From the NCBI GenBank assembly GCA_041906015.1, contig JAYRJZ010000001.1, forward strand, positions 58,150 through 122,149: a DNA stretch of 64,000 nt, written 5' to 3'. The position numbers were made by a program, and so were the translations under genes. The notes beneath the pieces are model-generated. The model saw only the letters and a program-made list of their open reading frames with translations. It was not told where the DNA came from and made no database searches. Positions within the stretch are counted from its first letter, which is position 1, and each line of letters starts with the position of its first letter. Origin of the DNA: Roseomonas sp. (GTDB lineage: Bacteria; Pseudomonadota; Alphaproteobacteria; Acetobacterales; Acetobacteraceae). Shown in pieces: positions 29,712 to 38,507 of this stretch.

Positions 29712-31048
29712 TGGCCGGGGCGATGACGCGCCGCGGCGCGCTGCTCGGGGCCGCCGCGCTGCTCGGCGGCTGCGAGACCTTCGAGAACATCTTCGGCGAA
29801 CGCCGCGAGAATTTCTCCGGCGAACGCCACGCCGTGCTGGATCTGCCTGAGCGCAGCCTGCAGGCGGATTCCGCCGCGCAGGGCACGCCGGTCACGCTGC
29901 CGCCGGCCACCCCGCCCGCCGACTGGCCTGTGTCCGGCGGCGACCCGGCGCATTCGGGCGGCAACCTCGCCTTCGGCCCCGGCCTCACGCGCGCCTGGAG
30001 CAGCGGCTTCGGCAGCGGCAGCGCCTATCGCCGACGGCTGCTGAACGGGCCCATCGCGGCCGGCGGTTCGGTCTATGTCTCCGATTCCCTCGGCATGGTC
30101 TCAGCCTTCGACATGGCCAGCGGCAGCCGGCGCTGGCGGCGCGAGACCGACCGGACCGACGAGGATTCGGCGACCATGGCGAGCGGCGTCGCCGTCTCCG
30201 GCGAGACGCTCTTCGTCGCCTCCGGCCTCGCCGAGCTGATCGCGCTCAATATCGCGGACGGTTCGGTGCGCTGGCGGGTGGACCTGCCCGCTCCCGCGCG
30301 CGGGGCACCGACGGTCGCCGGCGGGTCGGTCTTCGTGCCGACGGTGAACAGCCAGCTCCTCGCCCTCTCGGCCGAGGACGGGCGCCGCATCTGGACCCAT
30401 CGCGCCAACGCCATTCCCACCATCCCGCTTGGTCTCGGCAGCCCCGCCGTCGAGGGCGACATGGTCATCGCCGGCTTCCCCTCGGGCGAGCTGCTGGCGC
30501 TGCGTGCGAATGACGGGCGCGTGGTCTGGAGCGAAAGCCTTGCCGCCGCCGGCACCGGCGCGTTGTCCGACATCGCCGCGGTGCGCGCACGCCCGGCCGT
30601 GGGCGGCGGGCGTGTCATCGCGGTCGGCATGGGCGGGCTGACCATTTGCGTCGACCTGCGCTCCGGCCGCCGCCTGTGGGAACAGGAAGCCGGCGGAACC
30701 GAAGGCGCCTGGCTTGCCGGCGAATGGGTGTTCATGAGCACCGATGCCGGCCAGGTGGCGGCGATCGGGCGCGACAGCGGCCAGGTGCGTTGGGCGACCT
30801 CCCTGCGTCCGCCGGCGCGCGGCAGCCGCCGGCCGGATCCGGTGAACCTGTCCGGACCGGTGCTCGCTGGCGGGCGGCTGTTCGTCGGGACCTCGCTCTC
30901 CGAACTGGTCGCCATCGATCCGGCGAGCGGCGAGGTGCTCTCGCGCTCGAACCTCCCCGCCGGCATGACCCTGCAGCCGGCGGTGGCCGGCGGCATGCTG
31001 CTGGGCGCGACCGACGACGCGACGCTGGTCGCGTTTTCGGGCGGCTGA
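29711..31048 (+). CDS. PQQ-repeat beta-propeller lipoprotein (BamB-like)
   Basis: LGGC lipobox and repeated G...W blade motifs; synteny. Confidence 0.88.
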   Translation: MAGAMTRRGALLGAAALLGGCETFENIFGERRENFSGERHAVLDLPERSLQADSAAQGTPVTLPPATPPADWPVSGGDPAHSGGNLAFGPGLTRAWSSGFGSGSAYRRRLLNGPIAAGGSVYVSDSLGMVSAFDMASGSRRWRRETDRTDEDSATMASGVAVSGETLFVASGLAELIALNIADGSVRWRVDLPAPARGAPTVAGGSVFVPTVNSQLLALSAEDGRRIWTHRANAIPTIPLGLGSPAVEGDMVIAGFPSGELLALRANDGRVVWSESLAAAGTGALSDIAAVRARPAVGGGRVIAVGMGGLTICVDLRSGRRLWEQEAGGTEGAWLAGEWVFMSTDAGQVAAIGRDSGQVRWATSLRPPARGSRRPDPVNLSGPVLAGGRLFVGTSLSELVAIDPASGEVLSRSNLPAGMTLQPAVAGGMLLGATDDATLVAFSGG

Positions 31049-31051
31049 TCC

Positions 31052-32404
31052 ATGCCGCCCAGCGTCGTCATCCTCGGCAGGCCGAATGTCGGCAAGTCGA
31101 CCCTGTTCAACCGCCTCGCACAGCGGCGGATCGCGATCGTGGACGACACGCCCGGCGTGACGCGCGATCGCAAGGAAGTGCTGACGACGATCGGCGGGCG
31201 GGAGGTGCTGCTCGCCGATACCGCCGGCCTCGAGGAAGCGCCGCCCGACACCGTCGCGGGGCGCATGCGCGCGAGTTCGGAGGCCGCGCTGCGCGCCGCC
31301 GACCTGGTGATTTTCGTCACCGACGCGCGCGCCGGCCTGACGCCCGCCGACCGCGCCTTCGCCGCCTGGCTGCGGCGCGCCGACCTCCCGGTGTTGGTGG
31401 TGGCGAACAAGGCCGAGGGGCGCGGTGGCGCGGCGGCCGCGATGGAGGCGTATGAGCTCGGCCTCGGCGATCCCATCGCGATCAGTGCGGAACACAATGA
31501 AGGCGTCGGCGTGCTGCACGAAGCCGTGGCCGAGGCGCTCGGCGAAGCGCCCGAGGATGATGGCGAGCCGGTCGAGGACGATCCCGAACGTCCCTTGCGC
31601 ATTGCCATCGTCGGCCGTCCGAACGCGGGCAAGTCCACGCTGCTGAACGCGCTGCTGGGCGAGGAGCGCATGATCACCGGCCCCGAGCCCGGCCTGACGC
31701 GCGATTCCGTCGCCGTCGAATGGCGCGACGGCACGGGCGGGCGCGTGCGCCTGGTCGACACCGCCGGGATGCGCAAGAAGGCGCGCATCGACGAACGGCT
31801 GGAGCAGATGTCGGTCGCGGCGACGCTCGGCGCGCTGAAGGAAGCCGAGGTCGTCATCCTGGTGGTCGACGCGCTGCTCGGCATGGATGAGCAGGATCTG
31901 CGCATCGCGCGGCTGGCCGAACGCGAAGGCCGCGCGGTCGTCATCGCCTTCAACAAGTGGGACGCGGTCGAGGATCGCAACGCGGCGCGCGCGAAGCTCG
32001 TCGACGTGCTCACCGCCTCTCTCGCACAGTTGAAGGGCGTGCCGGTGGTGACGCTGTCCGCGCAGACCGGGCGCGGGCTCGATCGGCTGATGCCCACGGT
32101 GCGCGCGACCTATGCCCTGTGGAACAAGCGCATCGGCACCGGCGAGCTGAATCGCTGGTTCGAATCGGCGCTGACGCGCCATCCACCGCCCGCCGTCGAC
32201 GGTCGTCGCGTGAAGCTGCGCTATGCGACCATGCCCAAGGCGCGCCCACCGACCATCGCGGTGTTCGGCACGCGCGCGGAGGAACTGCCGGAAGACTATC
32301 GCCGCTACCTGGTGAATGCCTTCCGCGAAGCCTTCGACATGCCGGGCGTGCCGATCCGCCTGCAGCTTCGCGGCACGCGCAACCCCTACGCCGAGGCGCC
32401 GTGA
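31052..32404 (+). CDS. der: Ribosome biogenesis GTPase Der
   Basis: Two GTPase domains: GRPNVGKS/PGVTRD/DTAG and GRPNAGKS/DTAG/NKWD. Confidence 0.97.
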   Translation: MPPSVVILGRPNVGKSTLFNRLAQRRIAIVDDTPGVTRDRKEVLTTIGGREVLLADTAGLEEAPPDTVAGRMRASSEAALRAADLVIFVTDARAGLTPADRAFAAWLRRADLPVLVVANKAEGRGGAAAAMEAYELGLGDPIAISAEHNEGVGVLHEAVAEALGEAPEDDGEPVEDDPERPLRIAIVGRPNAGKSTLLNALLGEERMITGPEPGLTRDSVAVEWRDGTGGRVRLVDTAGMRKKARIDERLEQMSVAATLGALKEAEVVILVVDALLGMDEQDLRIARLAEREGRAVVIAFNKWDAVEDRNAARAKLVDVLTASLAQLKGVPVVTLSAQTGRGLDRLMPTVRATYALWNKRIGTGELNRWFESALTRHPPPAVDGRRVKLRYATMPKARPPTIAVFGTRAEELPEDYRRYLVNAFREAFDMPGVPIRLQLRGTRNPYAEAP

Positions 32405-32504
32405 CCCGGAGCATGGCGCGGCGCAACCGTGCATTGTATGGTTCGGTGACGATGTTCCGCAGATTGCGCGGAGCCTGCACGACGAGGGACCGCGAAGCTG
32501 AGCG

Positions 32505-33518
32505 ATGAGTGAACAACCCGGCCATCTCCTTGATTCTCTCACTGGCCGGCAGCGGCTGCTCGATCGCTTCGAGCGGATCGAGAAGCTTCTCGTCGAACAG
32601 GCGGAACGCGCCGGGCAGCGCTTCGATCACATCGCCGAGCGCATCGACCACATCGAACAGCGCATCGACTTCGTCGAGCGCCGGCTCGAGGAAGCGATCG
32701 CCTATTTCGCCTGGCGTTCGAACCGGCTCGTGGAGAGCCAGTCCGCCTATCTCGGCGAGAACACCGCGATCACCTTCCTCGAGAACGGCATCCGTATCCT
32801 CGTCGATACGCGCAGCATCGACATCGGCATCCATCTGCTGACGCTGGGGCGTTGGGAACCAGCCTACACCGCGCTGTTCACGCGGCTGGTGAAGCCCGGC
32901 GACCATGTGCTCGACCTCGGCGCCAATCACGGCGTCTACGCGCTGCTCGCCGCGCAGATCGTCGGTCCGACCGGCCGCGTCGATGCCTTCGAACCGAACC
33001 CGCGCCTCGCCAAGCTCGTCGATCTGTCGCTGCGGCTGAACGGTTTCTCCTGGGCGCAGGTGCATGCGGTCGGCGTATCGGAACAGGCAGGCACGGCGCG
33101 GCTGGTGTTCAGCGACAATTTCTCGGGCGGCGGATCGGTGGCCCTCGGCGGTGCGGCGGAATCGCGCCCCGGCGTCGATTGCCGCCTCGTCGCGCTGGAC
33201 GAGATGTTCAACGATTCTTCCATCAGCATCGACGTGATGAAGATGGACGTCGAAGGGCATGAGGGGCGCGCGCTGCGCGGCATGCGGCGGCTGCTGGAAC
33301 GCTCGCCGCAGATCCGCATCATGATGGAATTCGGACCGCCGATGATGCGCAGCGCCGGCGTCGGCGCGCCGGAAGTCGTGGCCTTCCTCGAAAGCCTCGG
33401 CCTATCGGCCTGGACCATCGACGCGGAAGGCGGCATCACGCCGGTCGCCTGGGCTGACCTCGCCGCGCAGACGGACGGGTTGCAGAACATCCTCGTCGCG
33501 CGGGAAGCACCTTTCTAG
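32505..33518 (+). CDS. FkbM family methyltransferase with N-terminal coiled coil
   Basis: LDLGANHG, AFEPNP and MKMDVEGHE motifs. Confidence 0.9.
   Translation: MSEQPGHLLDSLTGRQRLLDRFERIEKLLVEQAERAGQRFDHIAERIDHIEQRIDFVERRLEEAIAYFAWRSNRLVESQSAYLGENTAITFLENGIRILVDTRSIDIGIHLLTLGRWEPAYTALFTRLVKPGDHVLDLGANHGVYALLAAQIVGPTGRVDAFEPNPRLAKLVDLSLRLNGFSWAQVHAVGVSEQAGTARLVFSDNFSGGGSVALGGAAESRPGVDCRLVALDEMFNDSSISIDVMKMDVEGHEGRALRGMRRLLERSPQIRIMMEFGPPMMRSAGVGAPEVVAFLESLGLSAWTIDAEGGITPVAWADLAAQTDGLQNILVAREAPF
32618..32680 (+). repeat. Three imperfect 21-bp in-frame tandem repeats
   Basis: gcgcttcgatcacatcgccga / gcgcatcgaccacatcgaaca / gcgcatcgacttcgtcgagcg, encoding heptads. Confidence 0.7.
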
Positions 33519-33558
33519 AGCCGATCCCATTCGCCCTGGCTCGCGGCAACGGCTCCAG
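33515..33558 (+). repeat. CTAGAGC-type palindromic element (one arm)
   Basis: CTAGAGCCG...CGGCTCCAG inverted ends; near-identical start to the minus-strand arm at 22667. Confidence 0.65.
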
Positions 33559-33721
33559 GCGCTGAACCCCGGCGTCTGCGTGCGGGCGCCCCCGCGACGG
33601 ACCCGGCCCGTCGCGAGTCCTTCCGCCCTGATGAAGAGACCGCGCCGTCAAGCCCCGGGGCCAAGCGCCCCGGTCGCCGGATAACGACGTCCGCCGGGCT
33701 TCGGAAGCAGGTCGGCGGCGC

Positions 33722-34468
33722 CTATTCCCGCTCGGCTGGGATCACCGCATTGGCGAGCACCACCAGCACCACCGCCAGCGGGATGCAGGTGACGAGGCCG
33801 AAGCGCATGAAGCAGAGCGCGCCCACGAAGCCGCCCACGGTGAAGCAGGTCAGCAGCCCGGCCAGCAGCTTCATCTTGGCGCGGTCGGCCAGGACCCTCG
33901 CCTCGCCGGGACGGTCGTGGACGTTCCAGTAGGTCAGCTTGCCGATCTCGATGCCGAGGTCGGTGACGATGCCGGTGATATGCGTCGTGCGCATGCGCGC
34001 GCCGGAGATCTTGGTGATGCAGGCATTCTGCACCCCCATCAGGAAGCACAGCACGGGCACGGCGGCGACGGCGGCAATCTCGGCCGGCATGCTCGCGCCC
34101 ATGATGCCGAAGAGCAGCAGCAGCGCGGCTTCCGACAGCAGCGGCAGGGCGAACCGGCTGCGCCAGCGGCGCCGCTTGCCGAGGTTGATGAGCCAGGCGG
34201 AATGCGCCGCGCCTGCCATGAAGCAGGTCAGGGCCAGCAGCCCGGCCAGCACCACCTGGCCCATCCCCAGGGCCAGCGAATCGGCCATGGAGGAGACGAT
34301 GCCGGACATGTGGGAGGTGTACCGGCCGACGATCATGAAACCGCCGGCATTGATCGCGCCGGCGATGAAGGTCAGCGTCAGGCCGAGTTGGGTCTCGGTC
34401 GCCTCGGCGCGCAGGCAGCGGAGGGCGAAGGCGCGCAGGCCGGCTGCGCGATAGGGGGTGGTGGTCAC
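33722..34468 (-). CDS. YoaK/DUF1275 membrane protein
   Basis: AGAINAGGF, YTSHMSG, MGVQNA and RTTHITG motifs. Confidence 0.9.
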   Translation of the reverse strand: MTTTPYRAAGLRAFALRCLRAEATETQLGLTLTFIAGAINAGGFMIVGRYTSHMSGIVSSMADSLALGMGQVVLAGLLALTCFMAGAAHSAWLINLGKRRRWRSRFALPLLSEAALLLLFGIMGASMPAEIAAVAAVPVLCFLMGVQNACITKISGARMRTTHITGIVTDLGIEIGKLTYWNVHDRPGEARVLADRAKMKLLAGLLTCFTVGGFVGALCFMRFGLVTCIPLAVVLVVLANAVIPAERE

Positions 34469-34528
34469 GCGGCCCGCCTCGGGGATCGGAGGGGCGCCGT
34501 GCCGCTGGCGCGAACACTGACGGGGCCG

Positions 34529-34789
34529 GCGGAGGGCTTTGCCCCTCTGCAGCCCTCACCCCACCAAAGGCCGCAGGGCCTTTGGAAACCTCGACCTACT
34601 ACCGGATACCCTGGTCTGAAAGAGATGGTGATTGTCGCGTCGGGCCCGATGACCGGCAGATCCGGGTGCCGGGCACAAAGCCGCCCTCGGCACCTTGGAA
34701 CGCTCGTTCTGCCCAGCACCAGGTGAGGGTTTCCAAAGGCCCTGCGGCCTTTGGCGGGGAGGGTCCGGGAGGGGCAGAGCCCCGCCCGG
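34529..34789. repeat. Inverted REP-like doublet (REPIN/MITE-like; copies B and C)
   Basis: Arms 34529-34590 (+) and 34728-34789 (-) share CCAAAGGCCGCAGGGCCTTTGGAAACC exactly; 137-bp spacer. Confidence 0.88.
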
Positions 34790-34807
34790 TTCCGCAGTCT
34801 CATCGCA

Positions 34808-35794
34808 TCAATCCACCGTCGCACCCGAGGCCCGCACCACCCCCGCCCAGCGCGCCACATCGGCGGCCAGCGTCTGCCGGAACTGCTCCGGCGAATTCGG
34901 CGCCACCGGCGGGGTGATGGCCTGGTTCTGGATCAGCCATTCGCGGAATTCCGGGCTGGCGATGATCTTGTTCACCTCGGCATTCATGCGGTTGGTGATC
35001 GCCGCAGGCAGGTTCGCCGGCCCGAACAGCCCGTACCAGGTCGAGGTGTCCATCGGCGGCAGGCCGCAGGCCTCGGACACCGTCGGCACGTCGGGCAGGG
35101 CGGCGAGCCGCTCGCGCGTCAGCACGGCCAACGGGCGCACCTGTCCCTGGCGGATCGGCCCCATCGCCGCGCCGGTCTGGTTGAAGAAGACGTCCGTGTC
35201 GCCCGACAGTAGCGAGGTCATCGCCCCCGGCTGGCCGCGATAAGGCACGTGCAGCAGGTCGAGCTGCGCGGCCGTCGCGAACTGCGCACCGGCGAGGTGC
35301 GTCGACGCGCCATTGCCGGTCGAGGCGAAGGAGACCGCCTGCGGCCGCACCCGCGCCGCGGCGAGCACGTCCTGGCAGGTGCGGAAATTGGGGCGCTTCT
35401 CCGGGCTCACGATCATGACGTTGGGCACGTCGCCCAGCAGGACGACCGGCGTGAAGTCCCGCTGCGTGTCGAAGGGCAGGCGGCGGTAGAGCGAGGCATT
35501 GATGGCATGCGTCCCGGCCGTGCCGATCAGGAAGGTGTAGCCATCCGCCGGCTGCTTCGCGACGTATTCCGACCCGATATTGCCGCCCGCGCCCGAGCGG
35601 TTGTCCACCACCACCGGCACACCCAAGGCGCGCGAGAGCGGCTCCGCCAGGCGGCGGGCATAGATGTCGGTGCCGGCTCCATTGGGGAAGCCGCCCATGA
35701 TGGTGATCGGGCGGCTGGGCCAGGGTGCCTCCTGCGCGGCGGCTGGGAAGACGGCCGCGGCCACGGCGGCGGCGAGAAGCATACGACGGAACAT
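34808..35794 (-). CDS. Bug/TctC tripartite tricarboxylate transporter substrate-binding protein
   Basis: WPSRPITI, VVVDNRSGAGG, HVPYRG and PDVPTVSE motifs. Confidence 0.93.
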   Translation of the reverse strand: MFRRMLLAAAVAAAVFPAAAQEAPWPSRPITIMGGFPNGAGTDIYARRLAEPLSRALGVPVVVDNRSGAGGNIGSEYVAKQPADGYTFLIGTAGTHAINASLYRRLPFDTQRDFTPVVLLGDVPNVMIVSPEKRPNFRTCQDVLAAARVRPQAVSFASTGNGASTHLAGAQFATAAQLDLLHVPYRGQPGAMTSLLSGDTDVFFNQTGAAMGPIRQGQVRPLAVLTRERLAALPDVPTVSEACGLPPMDTSTWYGLFGPANLPAAITNRMNAEVNKIIASPEFREWLIQNQAITPPVAPNSPEQFRQTLAADVARWAGVVRASGATVD

Positions 35795-35859
35795 GATTTC
35801 CCGGTCTCCATGAAGATGGGCGGCTGGGCCGGCGCGCCGCAGCGCGCTAGCCTTCCGCC

Positions 35860-36609
35860 ATGAGTCAGTCCTCCCCTGCCCCCAACCTCGCGCGGATCGC
35901 GCGCGGCGGGAAGGCCATCTATGGCGCCCCGATCGGCATTCTGATGCTGGAAACGCGCTTCGCCCGGATTCCGGGCGATGTTGGCAATGGCGGCACCTGG
36001 CCCTTCCCGGTGCTCTACCGGGTGGTGCGCGGGGCCAATCCGGACAGCGTGGTGCTGAACGGGGCGCGCGGCCTGCTGCCTGCCTTCATCGAGGCGGGCC
36101 GCGAGCTGGTGGAACTCGGCGCCGAGGGCATCGCGACCTCCTGCGGCTTCCTGTCCTTGTTCCAGAAGGAATTGGCGGCGGCGCTCGGGGTGCCGGTGGC
36201 GACCTCGGCCCTGCTGCAGGTGCCCTGGGTCCAGGCCACCCTGCCGCCCGGCAAGCGGGTGGGCGTGGTCACGGTGCGCGCGGGGTCGCTGACGCCGGCG
36301 CATCTCGAAGCGGCGGGCGCGCCGCTCGACACGCCGATGATCGGCACCGAGGGCGGCGTCGAATTTCATCGCGTGCTGGTGGAACAGGCCTCCAGCGACC
36401 TCGATCTGGCGCTCGCGGAACAGGACATCGTCGCGGCTGGGCGCGCGCTGGTCGCGCAGCATCCGGAGGTCGGGGCCATCGTGCTGGAATGCACGAACAT
36501 GCCGCCCTATGCCGCGGCTCTGGCCGAAGCGCTCGACATGCCAGTCTATGACGTCGTGTCGCTGATTTCCTGGCTGCAGGCCGGGCTGCGGCCGCGTCGC
36601 TACCTCTGA
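35860..36609 (+). CDS. Aspartate/glutamate/hydantoin racemase family protein
   Basis: RIPGDVGN, TSCGF and VLECTNM two-Cys motifs. Confidence 0.85.
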   Translation: MSQSSPAPNLARIARGGKAIYGAPIGILMLETRFARIPGDVGNGGTWPFPVLYRVVRGANPDSVVLNGARGLLPAFIEAGRELVELGAEGIATSCGFLSLFQKELAAALGVPVATSALLQVPWVQATLPPGKRVGVVTVRAGSLTPAHLEAAGAPLDTPMIGTEGGVEFHRVLVEQASSDLDLALAEQDIVAAGRALVAQHPEVGAIVLECTNMPPYAAALAEALDMPVYDVVSLISWLQAGLRPRRYL

Positions 36610-36631
36610 CGCGGCCGCCTGATCGCCGCCA

Positions 36632-37465
36632 TCAGCCCTGGAACAGGCTGAGCAGCGACTGCGGTGCCTGGTTGGCGATGGACAGCGATTGCGTGCCGAG
36701 CTGCTGGCGGATCTGCAGCGCCTGGAGGCGCGCGGATTCCTTGGCGAGATCGGCATCGATCAGCGCACCGAGACCACCGTCCAGCGCATCGAGCTTGTCG
36801 CGATTGTAGGAGATCTGACTGTCGATGTAGTTGCTGTCGCTGCCGAACTGGTTCAGCGCATTGGCGATGGCCGTGTTCACGGTGGCCCAGTCCCCGCCAT
36901 CGGCGATCGCCGCCTGGGCGGAGGCCGCATCGGTCGGCGCGGCCGCGACGACCATGGTGCCGAGGCCATCCACCGAGGTGAGCGTGTAGGTCGTGCCGGA
37001 TTCGTTGCGGGTGGTGGTGATGTCGCCACCTTCCGGCGCCGCGGTCGAGAGCAGCGTGCGGCCATTATAGGTCGCATCGGTAATGAAGTTCTGGATCTGG
37101 GTCCGCAGCGCTTCGTACTGCGCTTCGTACTGGGCGCGCTGATCGCTGTTGAGCGTGTCGTCCGCCAGGCGGACCAGCGTCTCGCGCACCTTGGTCATGG
37201 TGTCCGACACCTGGTTCAGGCCGGACAGCGCGGTGTCGAGAATGCCCTTGGTGCCGCCGAGCTGTTCGTTCGCCGCCGTCAGGCCCGCGGAGTCCGCACG
37301 AATAGCCTGGGCCACGGCGAAAGCCGCGCCGTCATCCTTCGCGTCGCTGACGCGATAGCCCGTCGAGACACGCTTCTGGGTGACGTCCAGCGCTTCGTTG
37401 GTCCGGTTCAGCGACTGGAGCGCCACCATGGCACCCATGTTGGTGTTGACCGAGTTCAGGCTCAT
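36632..37465 (-). CDS. Flagellin (277 aa)
   Basis: MSLNSVNTNMGAMVALQSLN...RVSTGYRVSDAKDD and C-terminal DADLAKESARLQALQIRQQLGTQSLSIANQAPQ. Confidence 0.95.
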   Translation of the reverse strand: MSLNSVNTNMGAMVALQSLNRTNEALDVTQKRVSTGYRVSDAKDDGAAFAVAQAIRADSAGLTAANEQLGGTKGILDTALSGLNQVSDTMTKVRETLVRLADDTLNSDQRAQYEAQYEALRTQIQNFITDATYNGRTLLSTAAPEGGDITTTRNESGTTYTLTSVDGLGTMVVAAAPTDAASAQAAIADGGDWATVNTAIANALNQFGSDSNYIDSQISYNRDKLDALDGGLGALIDADLAKESARLQALQIRQQLGTQSLSIANQAPQSLLSLFQG

Positions 37466-37583
37466 CGGGATCTTCCCTTCACTCTGACGGGATATTCCCG
37501 TCGCTGCGGAGCCACTGTGCCGCCGGAGTGTGAAGGGAGACTTAATCGCGTCGCGCTTTTCGCGCCGTCGCGCCGCGGGCATG

Positions 37584-37616
37584 AAAAAGCCCCGCGCCTT
37601 GCGGCTGCGGGGCTTC
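37584..37616 (-). terminator. Rho-independent terminator of the cold-shock gene
   Basis: Minus strand reads GAAGCCCCGC-AGCCGCAAGGC-GCGGGGCTTTTT. Confidence 0.8.
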
Positions 37617-37635
37617 CCGGGACTGATCCGAAGGA

Positions 37636-38400
37636 TCAGTCCTTCATGCTCACGGCCTGGCGGCCACGCTGGCCGTCACGCACTTCGAGCGAGACCTTCT
37701 CGCCCTGCTGCACATCCTGCTTGCCGGCGCGCTGCAGCACGGAGGAATGCAGGAACACATCCTGGCCGCCATCGTCCGGGGTCACGAAGCCGAAGCCGCG
37801 GACCTGGTCGAACCACTTGACGGTGCCATTGATGTCATAGGTCGGCCCGCCTTCGTCGCGGCCGAACTCGCGGCGCGGGGGACGATCGCCGAAGTCGCGG
37901 CGCGGCGGACGATCACCGAAGCCACCGCCACCGAAGCCACCGCCGCCGCCGCCACCGCCGAAGTCACGGCGCGGGGGACGGTCGCCGAAGTCGCGGCGCG
38001 GCGGACGATCGCCGAAGCCACCGCCACCGAAGCCACCGCCACCGCCGAAGTCACGGCGGGGGGGACGGTCGCCGAAGTCGCGGCGCGGCGGACGGTCACC
38101 AAAACCGCCACCGCCGCCACCGAAGTCACGGCGCGGCGGACGCGCAGCCCCACCCTCGCCGCGCTTCAGCTCGACGATGCGGGTGACAAGGCGACGGCCC
38201 TGCCGGTCCGTGCCGATCTCGCAGACGAGCTTGTCCCCGGTGTCCGGCGGCTCGATTCCGGCCTCGGTCAGGGCCGAGGCATGAAAGAAGACGTCGTTGC
38301 CATCCGGCCCGAGCACGAAGCCGAAGCCTTTGCGGCTGTTGTACCATTTAACCTCGGCCTCGATTGGGCCGGTGCCACCCTGGTTGTCGAAATCAGACAC
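37636..38400 (-). CDS. Two-domain cold-shock protein with Gly/Arg-rich repeat linker
   Basis: CSD1: VKWYNSRKGFGFV and DVFFH. CSD2: GTVKWFDQVRGFGFV and DVFLH. GTG start after AGGA. Confidence 0.92.
   Translation of the reverse strand: MSDFDNQGGTGPIEAEVKWYNSRKGFGFVLGPDGNDVFFHASALTEAGIEPPDTGDKLVCEIGTDRQGRRLVTRIVELKRGEGGAARPPRRDFGGGGGGFGDRPPRRDFGDRPPRRDFGGGGGFGGGGFGDRPPRRDFGDRPPRRDFGGGGGGGGFGGGGFGDRPPRRDFGDRPPRREFGRDEGGPTYDINGTVKWFDQVRGFGFVTPDDGGQDVFLHSSVLQRAGKQDVQQGEKVSLEVRDGQRGRQAVSMKD
37865..38142 (-). repeat. Coding tandem repeat (GD)RPPRR[DE]F interleaved with poly-Gly/Phe
   Basis: Seven RPPRR[DE]F units counted in the translation. Confidence 0.9.
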
Positions 38401-38507
38401 GTTCCTGCAGGTCCACACATAAGTCGCGAGCCTGCGGGATGCAGGGCCGCTAGATGGCAGGATGGCACCCCGGCCCAATGAAAGCGAGAGAAATCCGACT
38501 CCGCCGG

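Noticed and set aside
34529-34789. Repeat-spacer-repeat read as a mini CRISPR array
   Set aside because: The repeats are inverted rather than direct, about 60 bp long, with 70-137 bp spacers and no cas genes.
37466-37560. Sigma54 or CtrA site upstream of the flagellin gene
   Set aside because: GGCAC is present but the GC is not at the required spacing, and there is only one TTAA half-site.
37865-38142. Tandem DNA repeats as CRISPR or a non-coding VNTR
   Set aside because: They are in frame inside the cold-shock gene, vary at synonymous positions and have no unique spacers.
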